From NCBI GenBank assembly GCA_951406725.2, contig OX597824.1, positions 68,944,001-69,008,000 of the forward strand: DNA of 64,000 nucleotides. Direction: 5' to 3'. Made by a program: the position numbers and the translations under genes. Of the stretch, positions 1 to 12,314 are shown one piece after another. Source of the DNA: Octopus vulgaris (lineage: Eukaryota). Positions within the stretch are counted from its first letter, which is position 1. Every line of letters starts with the position of its first letter. A model generated the notes under the pieces. That model saw only the letters and a program-made list of their open reading frames with translations, made no database searches and was not told the DNA's origin.

Positions 1-1
1 G

Positions 2-79
<78 letters not shown>
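1..79. repeat. (TAA)n microsatellite
   Basis: Pure AAT repeat. Confidence 0.95.
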
Positions 80-81
<2 letters not shown>

Positions 82-596
82 GATCTTAACTGATTGGAAG
101 TGTTATCATGTACATTGTTTTGTCTTGGTATAAAAGATGGGCTATAGCAAATATTCTGCTCAATACCACAGATTCGCTTGTCAGTTGTTTGACCTTAATC
201 AGTTGACCATGTCCCTTAGTGGCTGACGATATGTGCATCTCTCATCATAAGCAGAAGTAGTGGGGGAGCATCATAGCCGTTTGTTGAAAGGAATTCTTTG
301 GGGTTTTATTAATTCACCTTTAGAAACGTAGGTGGTTTGTTCAACATCCTTAAACAATCTTTATTCAGGGACCTTTTCAGCGGGATAGGTTACTCGACCA
401 GAAGAAAATTCTAACTGGACACCACCTGCAAGGTCATGTGCTGTTTATCTTGATATGAGATCACCATGTCGCGTACATATGGTTGTGATGCATGTGCCTG
501 CTGTACCCTTATTAGACAGGTAGTCATGATGGGTATACTGGGCTTTGTATATTTTAACCCAGTGTCACTTTGATGGCATGCACTGCTCTGTCACTC
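80..596 (+). mobile_element. Non-coding retroelement segment embedded in (TAA)n (family E, copy 1)
   Basis: Reverse complement of 41620-42131 over its whole length; flanked by (TAA)n on both sides; ends ...CACTC-AATAAT. Confidence 0.75.
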
Positions 597-915
<319 letters not shown>

Positions 916-1009
916 CAGAGCAAGTGAACACCAAATATATAGTGCGTGTATTTTCATTGTCTACATTGGCAACTTGACCATCTCCAAATACAACAATATA
1001 TATACATAC

Positions 1010-1075
<66 letters not shown>

Positions 1076-1093
1076 GCAAAAAACTCAAATCTG

Positions 1094-1405
1094 TCGGTCA
1101 CGGATAACCATGGGGGCACCTAAGGGGTTTCCTTCCTGGGCAGAAAGTCGCCTCACCGGTGAACGGTCAACCTAGGGTTGTTTTTATGGAAGACCAGAAG
1201 TCGCCTATGCATACCAGCTTCCCCTCTCCACACCACCAGTGTTATCCAAGGGAAAGGCAAATGCCGATGCAGCTTGGCACCAGGGACGTTGTTACTCATT
1301 TCTACAGCTGAGTGAACTGGAGCAACGTGAAATAAAATGTCTTGCTCAAGAACACAACCGCACGATCGTAAGCTCGACGCTCTAACCACTGAACCAAGAG
1401 CCTTC
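1094..1405 (-). mobile_element. tRNA-derived SINE family A
   Basis: Minus strand has an A-box-like head GGTTCAGTGGTTAGAGCG and core TTGTGTTCTTGAGCAAGAC...CTCAGCTGTAGAAATG; matches 12927-13212 and 52514-52846. Confidence 0.85.
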
Positions 1406-1457
1406 ATATATATATATATATACATATATTCATATATATATATATATATATATATAT

Positions 1458-1554
1458 AACGGAAAGCTTTATGAAAATAAACAAAAGACAAAGGCAGGTG
1501 GAATACAAACAAACAATTGTATTAGTATGGCGCTCAGGAATATAAATAAAACAA

Positions 1555-1585
<31 letters not shown>

Positions 1586-1795
1586 TGTATCTCTAGCCAC
1601 TAAGCCTTTTTCTATTTTCTTTCCCTGTTTATTTCTGTATTCCTTTCTGTCGAAGACCGTAGGCTCGAACTGTAAAAGACTTTCTCACCTCCAGAGCGTT
1701 AAACTAATACATATGTTTGTTGTTTACACAACCCGTCTTCGTCTTTTGTTTGTTTGTTTTTTTTTTGTTTTTTGTTTTTTTGTAAATTCTCACTA
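1458..1795. mobile_element. Penelope-like terminal repeat remnants (minus copy 1458-1540, plus copy 1590-1795)
   Basis: Motif GAGCG..AAACTAATAC...ACC(C/T)GTCTTCGTC shared with 9445-9686 and 23905-24350, where it follows a PLE C-terminal motif. Confidence 0.6.
1643..1678 (+). ncRNA. Degenerate minimal type I hammerhead ribozyme motif
   Basis: CTTT-CTGTCGA-A-GACC GTAG GCTC-GAAC-TG-TA-AAAG; stem I CTTT/AAAG; related copies at 9559-9594 and 23975-24010 (-). Confidence 0.5.
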
Positions 1796-1821
1796 TATAT
1801 ATATTTGTATTTATGTTCTAT

Positions 1822-1895
1822 CTGAGTATATTCCATTGATGAAGGCAGAGAATTTCTTATGCAGAGCCAGAAATCCGGGATCTGGAATTATTCAG
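1822..1895 (+). ncRNA. Type I hammerhead ribozyme-like fold (C3U variant)
   Basis: ATTCCA-TTGATGA-A-GGC...GCC-A-GAAA-TCCGGGA-TC-TGGAAT; stem I extended by CTGAGTA/TATTCAG. Confidence 0.6.
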
Positions 1896-2112
1896 TAATG
1901 TTTTTACTAGTTTATTTAGTCGCTTTGTCTTCTTTCCTGGTGCTGTATGAACATTTAATGTGGTTTTAGAGTCAAGTTCTAACTGCTATTTCCAGCCTGG
2001 TGGTATCTCTTAGATATCCTAAATTATAATTTTAATAATTATTATTACGTTTGAAGGGTTTTATTCATATGCTGGCCACGTGATAAAATCGGTATTTAAA
2101 TAACGATCGTAT

Positions 2113-2177
<65 letters not shown>

Positions 2178-2180
<3 letters not shown>

Positions 2181-2330
2181 TACCACAGTCTCTTCTTTCA
2201 GTCTCCGCCTGCCGAATCCATTCACGTGGCTTTAACTGATCCGAGACTGTAAACGGAAACACTGGACCAACGTGTCACGCAGTGGTACTGAACCCGGGAC
2301 CTTGTGGTTGAGAAGCACACCTGTAAGCCT
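2178..2330 (-). mobile_element. SINE family B, 5' half (diverged)
   Basis: GGTTCAGTACCACTGCGTGAC...GTGAATGGATTCGGCAGGCGGAGACTGAAAGAAG on the minus strand. Confidence 0.75.
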
Positions 2331-2339
2331 CCTATATTA

Positions 2340-2915
2340 AACTTTTCTATTTCTGTTTCATACACACTTTCTGTCTGTCTGTCTTTTCTCACTCTCTTCC
2401 TCCCCCTCTTTATTGTTTTCTATTCCATCTTTAACATAATTCTCTTTCCCTTTGTCTTCACTTTTTTCTGTTTTTCTTTCTTTTGGATTCTTTCACTCTT
2501 CTCCTTCCTCTCCCTCACTCTTCCTCCCAATCATACCTCATTACTTTCACTCACACTTACCCCCATACCTCCAGCTTCCGCTCACACTCACCACCTCCTC
2601 TTATCCCTTGCTATTCTCATTATACTGTATTTCTCTAATTACCTTTCCCCTCCTTTATTCTCTTACCACCTCCACTCTCTATCTGACCCCACCTCTCATG
2701 TCTCACTCCTCCCACTGCTGATTATCTCACTATTCCTCTTGCTCGTAGTCTCTCAAGTATTTTTTACACCTCCCCTCTCTCGCTCTGTCTCCCGCATTCT
2801 TATTTTCTCTCCTCTGCCCATTCCTCATACCTCTATTACTCTTGTATTATTAAATCTATCTCTTCTACATGTTCTTAAATCTCCCTCTACACGGTGCCTC
2901 ATTATGTGCGCGCGC

Positions 2916-2993
<78 letters not shown>

Positions 2994-3339
2994 ACAAGCA
3001 TGCATACACACATAGATGGATACGTACATACATACTAATACACACATGTGTGTTTGTGTATGTGTGTATGCATGCATACATATATATATACATACACACA
3101 CTCACAAAGACATATACAGTGAGAGAGGGTGAGAAACAGACAGAGAGGCAGACAAAAAGAATTTAGGAGAAAGATAGAGAGAGAGAGAAAGAGAAAGAGA
3201 GATCTTTTCACTCTCATTTCATTTTTCTCTAATTCTTCTGTCTCCTTCCATATTAATTTCCATTTCACTTTGTCCTCTCTTTCTCCCAGTGTCCTCTCTT
3301 TCTGAATCCTCTCTCTCTCTCCCTCTCCCTCTTTCTTTT

Positions 3340-3392
<53 letters not shown>

Positions 3393-3656
3393 ATCCTATT
3401 CCTTTTCTCATAACTCTTTATCCGACTTATTTCAATTTCTGTCTTTGTCTTCCTCTCTTTTACCTTTCAACTTTATATACAAGTGTCTTTCTCTCCCCCC
3501 GATCTCTCCCCTCTCTCCTCTCTCCCCGCTCTCCTCTCTCCCCCTCTCCCCTCTCCCCTCTTTCCCCTCTCTCTCTCTCCACAATTCTGATTCTCTTTCT
3601 ATCTTCCTTCTCCAGTCTGCTCTCTGACTCTCTTCCCCGTATCCATCATATTTAAA

Positions 3657-3696
<40 letters not shown>

Positions 3697-3783
3697 TTAT
3701 ATATATATATATATATATATATTTGTATATATATATTGATAAATATATTATATGTATATTTGTAAATATATATATCTTTATAA

Positions 3784-3814
<31 letters not shown>

Positions 3815-5200
3815 TCTTTTGCCTCTCTTATGCATCGCACCTCTTATAGTCTTTCTAATCTTTCCCCCTTTCTCTAAGCTCACTCTTTATTCTTTTCTCT
3901 CTAATTCTCCTCCTACTTTCTCCTCTACCTCTTCCACACCACTAAATGTCTTGTCACTCAACCAACCCCTCTCACTCACCATCCCTCTCCCTCTCTCTCT
4001 CCTCCTACTATTCTTTGTTTCCTCTCTATCTTACCATTTTTTTCCTCTCACTCTTCATTTTCTCCTTCTCTTCGCTCCTCCTCTCATTGTCTCCCTGTGT
4101 ATCTCTATCTTTCTTTTCCTATCTCACTGTGCTTCTTCTCACTACCTGAATCCCCCTACTTTCTTCTTATTGTCTCCTCCTCCTCCTCCTTATCCCCCCT
4201 TCTCTACCACCTTCTCCTCTTCCTTTAATCTTTTCTTTAGTAACATTTGTCTTTGTCTCTCCACCTTACTCCATTTCAGTCAAACCGTCTATCTACATTC
4301 CTCTTCCTCCCTCCCCTCTCTTTCTCTGTCTCACCTCTCCCTCTCTTTCTCTCTCTCTCTCTCCTTCTATCCCTCTCTCATTCTATCTATCTATCATTCT
4401 ATCTATCTATCATTCTATCTCTCTCTCATTCTATCTATCTATCATTCTATCTGTCTCTCATTCTCTCTCTCTCTCCATCAGTCTATTCTCATCCTTTCAC
4501 ATCTTCCCATCGGCCTGTCTCTCTCTCTCCCTCTCGCATATTTTTCTCTCTTTCTTTTTTCAACACACACCCGCGAACGCATACACAGGCACAAACACAC
4601 ACACATACATACACACACACATACACACACAAGAGCACACACTCTCTCACACACACTGTCTGTATGTTACTCTCTCTCTTTCTCTTCCTCTCTCTCGCTC
4701 ATTCTCCTTAGCCTTTCTCTCAACCTCTCTCTCTAATTTTCCCTTCACCTTTCTCTTCATTGAAGCTTACAATTTCGTTCATTCTCTCTTTCATCCATTC
4801 TCTCACCTTTCTCCTCTCTCTTCTCTGTCTCTATTCCCCCCTCCCCCCCTCTCTCTCTCTCTCTCTCTCTCACATACACACACACACACACACGCGCACA
4901 TACACACACGCACTGTCTTTTCTACCCCTCCCTCATTCATACAAACCTCTTTTGCACCGTCTCTCACCACCTCACTCCTGCTACCCCACCTTTTCTTTCA
5001 CCGTATCCCATCCCTCCCACCCCTCTCTCTCTCTCTTTTTCTCCGTTACACTAACGCCCCACACTTTCTTCGTATCACATTTCTTGTATATCCTCCTTCT
5101 TGCTCATTCCCACTGTTTATCATCGACTCCGCCCTTTATCTTCCATTTTCTCTCCTCGTAACCTCCTTACCACTCCCAGCATCTTCCTCTCTCTTTAGCA
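2340..5200. repeat. Polypyrimidine (CT/TCT-rich) low-complexity region with TA/CA microsatellites
   Basis: Strongly C/T-biased plus strand; ORFs here are L/S/F-rich artefacts. Confidence 0.85.
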
Positions 5201-5217
5201 CTATTTTTGCATCATGA

Positions 5218-5302
<85 letters not shown>

Positions 5303-5729
5303 CAAACACACACATATATATGTGTATAGACATGTATATATATATATATATATATAAATATATGTATATATGCTCATATGTATGTATATACCTGTGTGTG
5401 TATATGTATATGTAATTGTGAATATATATATATATATATATATGTATGCGTGTATGTGTGAATGTGCGTGTATGTATGCAGGTGTATGAGCCTATGTACG
5501 TGTATAATTTTATATGCATATATATATGTGTGTGTGTGTGTGTGGTTTCTGTGCGTTTCTGTGTGTATGTTCATCTGTGTGTGTGTGTGCGTGTGTGGCG
5601 TCTGTGTGTGCGCGTGTGTCTGTGTGTGCGTGTGTGTAAGTGTGTGTCTACTAATGGATACAGATATTACACCAAGTGAAGTCTCCTCTTTGATGTGTTT
5701 CTTGTTAATGGAGTCTTTTGAAACCAACC

Positions 5730-6651
5730 ATCACTTCACCCCTCCCACCTCTTCCAGCACAATAAAAAGCCAGCCATTCCTTGACTAAAAATGTCTTCCA
5801 GCACCTTCCGACCGTGCCGCTCCTCCCCCACACAGCTAGCACGCCACACCGTACCACCTTCACACCGTACCGTTCCTTACTGCTATCGCATCGCAAGCAT
5901 ACCACCGCCATCACATGTCACCGAACCGTACAGCTTCCACGCCACGCAATCCTACACCACGCCACACGACGCCGCCATCACATTTCCAAACACCTTTCGC
6001 ACCTACTTTCCATCAACCTTTCCTCACACCACCTCCCACACACTGTTACCACCGCCACCACCCACTCACCCACCCATCCACCCACTCCACTATTATAACC
6101 ACCGCTAACGCCTCCGCCATTGCTGTAATACTGATCTTCAACACTGTCATCAACACCACCACCACCACCATCACCACCATCAAAATTACCATCATCATCA
6201 CCTCTATGATGACAACGACGATGACGACGGTGGTGCCGGTGGCGATGAAGACGACGACGATGACGATGACAACGTCGACGACAACGTCGACGACAATGTC
6301 GACGACTAACACGAGCACCCTCAGCACCCCCACCATGGCAACCATCACCACAACCATCACAACCACCTCCACAGCCACCACCAACACCTCCACAATCCCC
6401 ACTACCACCATCACCACCGCAACCATCATAACCACCGCAACCACGACCTCCATAACGACCACCACCAACATCACCACAATCAACAACCATAAAAACCAAA
6501 ACCCAACAACCTCCACACCACAACAACCACAAAGACCACCACAACGACCACCACTACTACCACCACGACCACCACTACCTGCACAACCACTATAACCATA
6601 CCACCATCACAAGAACGGCAACCACAACCATCTGGCGCAATACAATCAACA
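5730..6651. repeat. ACC/GAC-rich low-complexity tract
   Basis: Degenerate (ACC)n and (GAC)n; donor of the duplication at 7747-8143. Confidence 0.8.
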
Positions 6652-6974
6652 GTAACGTGTTCAATGAAATATTTTCGTAGACGTTCGACTTATTGAATAT
6701 AACACTGAAATCTTCCTCAGATTCCGATATATCGTCCGTGGAAGGAAGGATATATTGGAGAATGGAATGGCACCTGATTCTAAACTGATAGGATGGACAT
6801 GGATCGAATTCCTTTGATCACGTGTCTGATCGAACGTGATTGATCTATGGTAAAATATGAAGAAAAAAACAAAAAAAAAAAAAAACGTCACAGACAAACA
6901 GAAACACTTCCATCAACTGTTCTGCAGAATCACAACCAGAAGAAATATGAGAAACTTAAAAACGAAAAAATTTC

Positions 6975-7117
6975 CTACTATAGCCTCGGGCCGACAATAT
7001 CCGTGTGAGTGTATTTGTTAGACAGACACTAAAAGAAGCCTATCGTATTATCGTATATACATACATACATACATACATACATACATACATACATACATAC
7101 ATACATACATACATGCA

Positions 7118-7216
<99 letters not shown>

Positions 7217-7514
7217 AGGCGCAATGGCCCAGTGGTTAGGGCAGCGGACTCGCAGTCGTAGGATCGCAGTTTCGATTCCCAGACCGGGCGTTGTGAGTGT
7301 TTATTGAGCGAAAACAACTAATATCTCCGCGAGGCTCCAGCAGGGGGTGGTGGTGATCCTTGCTGTACTCTTTCACCACAACTTTCTCTCACTCTTTCTT
7401 CTGTTGACCTGCTCGCTTAGCCAGCGGGGTGGCGTCATTTGAAGGCTAAATCAATGCGAAGCGCATTGTGACCAGCGATGTGTAGCAATATCTGATAGCC
7501 TGGTCGGTCACGTG

Positions 7515-7556
<42 letters not shown>

Positions 7557-7730
7557 TAAATTTATGTATGTGTGTCATTGTTCCATGTTTGTCCCCCACC
7601 ACAATCGCTTGACAACTGATGTTGGTGTGTTTATGTCCCCGTAACTTAGCAGTTCAGCAAAAGAGACCGATAGAATGAGTACCAAGCTTACAAAGAATAC
7701 GTCTTGGGGTCCATTTGTGCGACTAAAATG
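6975..7730 (+). mobile_element. SINE family B interrupted in its central microsatellite by SINE D
   Basis: 5' part CTACTATAGCCTCGGGCCGAC..AAAGAAGCC (6975-7055); 3' part TTGTCCCC..CTTGACAAC..GAGACCGATAGAAT (7585-7730). Confidence 0.75.
7215..7520 (+). mobile_element. tRNA-derived SINE family D, full length
   Basis: GGAGGCGCAATGGCCCAGTGGTTAGGGCAGCGG (A box) and GTTTCGATTCCC (B box); tail GGTCGGTCACGTGA; matches 27032-27319 (-). Confidence 0.9.
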
Positions 7731-7746
7731 CGCTACCGCCACCACT

Positions 7747-8143
7747 ACCACAAAAACCAAAACCAACATCTCCACACCACAACAACCACAAACACCACCA
7801 CAACGACCACCACTACCACCACTACCACCACTACCTGCACAACCACTATAACCATACCACCATCACACCAACGGCAACCACAACCATCTGGCGCAATACA
7901 ATCAACATGTGATGGTTGCGGTGGTGATGGTGGTAGTGGGGATTGTGGTGGTGTTGGTGGTGGTTGTAGATGTGGCTATGGTGGTTGTGGTGATGGTTGC
8001 CATGGTGGAGGTCCTGAGGATGCTCGTGTTAGTCGGCGACGTTGTCATCGCCATCGTCGGCACCGCCGTCGCCATCGTCGTTGTCATCATGGAGGTGGTA
8101 ATGATGGTAATTTTGATGGTGGGAGTGGTGGTGTTGATGACAG
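7747..8143. repeat. Rearranged local duplication (direct plus inverted segments)
   Basis: 7747-7907 repeats 6486-6651 directly; 7910-8143 is the reverse complement of 6144-6428. Confidence 0.85.
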
Positions 8144-8269
8144 CTGTGAAATAAAAGAATAAAAGAATCACACACACACACACACATACGCACACACGTA
8201 CGCACACGCACAGAAATACACACTCACACACTTAAAAACGGAAATAATATAGTCTCAAGTATGTATATA

Positions 8270-9427
8270 TCTCTTCTCTCTATATATAAAACTGAGAATG
8301 TGTGTCTGTCTGTCTGTGTGTTTCCCTAAAACTTGAAAACTACACAACCAATTTCATTCAAATTTTACACATGCCTTACTTAGGGTCCGGGAGTGTCATC
8401 GGTAAAAATAATTTAACTTTTTGCCTAGGGCGAGCCCACAGCAATATCATATCTTCTCCACTACGATTCCCTAAAACTTGAGAACTACACAACCAATTTC
8501 ATTCAAATTTTACACATGCCTTACTTAATGTCCATGTAGTTTTATGGGCAAAAAATGTCCAACTTCTTGTCTAGAGCGAGCCCATAGCAATATCATATCT
8601 TCTCCACTATTTCAGTATTACGTGTTAAAAGTGAAACAAAAACATTTCTCTATTTTATGTCAGATACTTTCACTTTAACAATAAAAATAATAATAACAAT
8701 TGAATTATATGTAGTAAGTAATAATTAAAGTCAAACTAAAGTATAATATAATCGTAACATAACAGAAGTAAAAATAGCAATTGGTATAAAATTGCATCAA
8801 TGATTTGAACTTGAATAAGTGGTTTCACATGAATGGGAATAAATTAAAAATAAAATTAGCGTGCAGAAATGGAATAGTCCAGATGGATAATAAAAAATTA
8901 AATTAAAGAAAAGACTATTGTCTATAAAGTATACAATGTAGAGAAAAAAGAAGATTTGAACACCTGGAGGAAAGCACCATCGAAAAGTGTCTTGGTTCGA
9001 CTATGAAAGATATCTAATCAGAGGCGGTAAATTCGCCACAATAGAAGCAAGGTTCGAATCAACGGAGCGTGCAAGGGAGTACTCGACTCGAACTTGCAAA
9101 GTGGAAATATTTTATTTTTACCTTTATATCTGGGACGTAGACGTGCGGGATAAAAATTTAAAATGCCCCCCCCCCCCGAAGCCACACTTCTATACAAGAG
9201 GGAGGACAAGATACAATTGATCGAAATTGGAAGAGACGGGCTTACAATTCCAGTCTGTTATATATTTTGAGTATTGTTATCACTAGCGATATCAAGATAT
9301 AACTTTGTATTTTGTATTTTATGTGTAGATGTATATATCTAGATGTACATGTAATATGTACACATATATATACACATATATACATGCACTAACACTATGA
9401 CCCGGCAACGATGGGTCATAATGCTAG
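8270..9427 (+). mobile_element. Non-autonomous Helitron
   Basis: A|TC 5' end followed by TATATATAAAA..GTCTGTCTG; 3' hairpin TATGACCC/GGGTCATA (9396-9420) then CTAG|T; internal ~145-bp tandem duplication (8322-8463 and 8467-8609). Confidence 0.85.
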
Positions 9428-9444
9428 TATATATACATATATAT

Positions 9445-9686
9445 ATTCAGTCTGTTTCTTCCGACCATTTCATCATGTTGAACCGTTAATTTCTACAAAT
9501 TTATTTTCTCTCTCCGTTTTGGTTTTTCACTCTTTACTGTTTTGTTCCTCTGTTAATACTTCCTGTCTAAGAGCATAGGTTCGAAACATAAAATACCTTT
9601 CCATTATTCTCGAGCGTTAAAATAATATACCGGTTTGTTGTTCCTATACCTGTCTTAATCTTTTCTTTTCTGTAAATTTGAACTAC
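9445..9686 (+). mobile_element. Penelope-like 3' terminal remnant with hammerhead-like motif
   Basis: CTGTCTAAGAGCATAGGTTCGAAACATAAAA and the shared downstream motif; ends in (TA)n. Confidence 0.6.
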
Positions 9687-9727
9687 ATATATATATATAT
9701 ATATATACACATATATATGTATATAGG

Positions 9728-10352
9728 TGTCATCATTCCACTTTTCTCCTCCTATGTACGGCCACACCTCGAATAATGCTGCCCCTTGTGGTCTCCCCAT
9801 ACAAAACAAAATATCTCGAGGATTTAATCACCCCAGAGGGCACTCACTAAACGAATTGAAGGCATGACTGCTCTCGATTACTGAAACCGCCTTAAAGCCT
9901 TGAAACACTGCTCTCTCCAGCGCCGCCGTGAGCGGTGCATTATTTGCACGATGTGGAGAATATACCGGCACCATTGCCCAAACGACCTGAACATTAGTTT
10001 CAAGGTTCAACCAAGGCTGGGACTACGGGCCATACGTCCCCTGCCCAATTCAGGTACATATAGGTACATTGCGACATAATTTCTTTTCCTCAACAGGCCC
10101 TACCCTGTTTAACATTGTCCCAAAACTGATTAAAGAGGATAGGATCCCGTCACATTTAAACGGATTCTGGACAGATTTCTTCAAGGAATACCAGATAAGC
10201 CACCCATACATGGATACAAATCACTCAACAAGAACTCACTACTTAAATGAATCATAAACAAAGCTTGATTTAAAAAGGATTTACATAATCCTATCAGGTG
10301 TTGCTATTAAGTTAGACATGGCCTAGACCAATCTTTGGTCGAAACATGTCTA
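9728..10352 (+). mobile_element. CR1-group LINE, 5'-truncated 3' end
   Basis: Translates LFSSYVRPHLE*CCPLWSPH..QRALTKRIEGM..SLQRRRER..GPTLFNIVPK..FKRILDRFLQGIPDKP, with stops and frameshifts. Confidence 0.85.
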
Positions 10353-10374
10353 AGTTTTATATGTAGTTCAAATT

Positions 10375-10442
<68 letters not shown>

Positions 10443-10458
10443 CATATATAAAATATAC

Positions 10459-10489
<31 letters not shown>

Positions 10490-10555
10490 CATTTATATAT
10501 ATATACGTACATATACATATATATATATATATATATATACACACAGACACACACA

Positions 10556-10613
<58 letters not shown>

Positions 10614-10712
10614 ATAGAAGCATTATTATTTCTAAATCTCTCAAAGAGAGCTATTCTGTAACAGTCCTTTAAAGTAAAGGTTATTTGCCAACGTTATTTC
10701 TCAATCTCTCAA

Positions 10713-10784
<72 letters not shown>

Positions 10785-10922
10785 TTGATTAGTACTAGGT
10801 ATATGCTGCGTTACTTTGGAAGTATACTTTTGCCGTCAGGGGTAATACCATGATCTACGGCATACAGGCAATAATTTTAACTTTTCGTTTTATTTCTTGG
10901 TGCATATACAAAATAATGAAAT

Positions 10923-10981
10923 GGCCGACCAAAACCTTGTGAGTGGATTTGGTAGACGGAAACTGAAAGAAGCCTGTCCTA

Positions 10982-11058
<77 letters not shown>

Positions 11059-11276
11059 TTGTGTGTCTGTGTTTGTCCCTCTAGCATTGCTTGACAACCG
11101 GTGCTGGTGTGTTTACGTCCCCATCACCTAGCGGTTCGGCAAAAGAGACCGATAGAATAAGTACTGGGCTTGCAAAGAATAAGTCCCGGCGTTGATTTGC
11201 TCGACCAAAGGCGGTGCTCCAGCATGGCCGCAGTCAAATGACTGAAACAAGTAAAAGAGTAAAAAGAGTAAAGAGA
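10923..11276 (+). mobile_element. SINE family B (5' truncated)
   Basis: GTGGATTTGGTAGACGGAAACTGAAAGAAGCC-(TA)n-...GGCGGTGCTCCAGCATGGCCGCAGTCAAATGACTGAAACAAGTAAAAGAG. Confidence 0.9.
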
Positions 11277-11473
11277 TTATTAATTTTTTAAAAATAATAA
11301 TATTTATTAACTTGAAATAAAATAAAGCGAATATCGTATTTCTGTACTTGTAATAAATATGTTTGTTTTTTTTTAAATGATATTGACATAATCGCAAATT
11401 CCTCCATCGAAAACCTAAAACAATGTATATCTTTCAGAAAGTTATTTTACACTCATCTAGCACTTCTTGTGTT

Positions 11474-11508
<35 letters not shown>

Positions 11509-11602
11509 TCTATTTTACTCTCCATTTCAATTTTAATCTCCCCCCCTTCTCTGTACGATGTAAAGCCTGACTAGAGAAATAAAAAAAAAAGAATACTTGC
11601 AT

Positions 11603-11901
11603 TTCGTCGGTTACGAAGACCTCCTCCAGTTGATCAGTTCACAGGAACATCCTGCTCGTGACTGAGCGAGCACTCCACAGACATGCGTACTCATAAGATA
11701 GTTCTCAGGGAGATTCAGCGTGACAGAGAATGTAACCAGGCTGATCCTTTGAAATACAGATACAACTAGTTTTTATCAACTGAGTGCACTGGAGCAATGT
11801 GAAGTAAAGTGTCTTGCTCAAGGACACAACACGCCTCCGGGAAACGAACTCATGACCTTACGATCGTGATCCGAATACCCCTAACCTCTAAACCTCGCGC
11901 C
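11603..11901 (-). mobile_element. SINE family A2
   Basis: Reverse-complement match to 13294-13615 and 56739-57068. Confidence 0.85.
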
Positions 11902-11946
11902 ATCATCTATTTGGAAAATCCAACCAACCAGGCAAGTACATTTATA

Positions 11947-12150
11947 TCTATTTCTTTACTACCCACAAGAGGCTAAACACAGAGGGGACAAACAAAGGGA
12001 TTAAGTCGATTATATCGACCCCAGTGCGTAACTGGTACTTAATTTATCGACCCCGAGAGGATGAAAAGCAAAGTCGACCTCGGCGGAATTTGAACTCGGA
12101 ACGTAACGATAGACAAAATACGGCTACGCATTTCGCCCTGCGTGCTAACG
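11947..12150 (-). mobile_element. SINE family C
   Basis: Minus strand GAGTTCAAATTCCGCCGAGGTCGACTTTGC..TCATCC..GGGGTCGATAAATTAAGTACCAG. Confidence 0.9.
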
Positions 12151-12314
12151 GTTAACATCAAATAGAGTTGAATGCTGCACCGAAAGTAATGCGCAAATAG
12201 GCGTAACTACTTTTTTATTAGCAAACATGGACCGTTCACATCGCACGTATTAGAATAACTCTTCTATACTAAATCTTGTTGTTCTTATCTACTGACGGAC
12301 AATCGCTTCCAAGT

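Noticed and set aside
5915-6595. 226-aa Thr-rich mucin-like ORF
   Set aside because: (ACC)n-like DNA is open in several frames on both strands, similar tracts occur at 30.7 and 54.6 kb, and there is no signal peptide or splice support.
7215-7290. tRNA-like sequences (also at 12580-12653, 52514 and 56739)
   Set aside because: They are SINE heads continuing into SINE bodies; no complete cloverleaf.
10628-10714. Two ~22-bp direct repeats with a ~40-bp spacer (CRISPR-like spacing)
   Set aside because: Only two units, eukaryotic context and no cas genes; more likely a retroelement terminal duplication.
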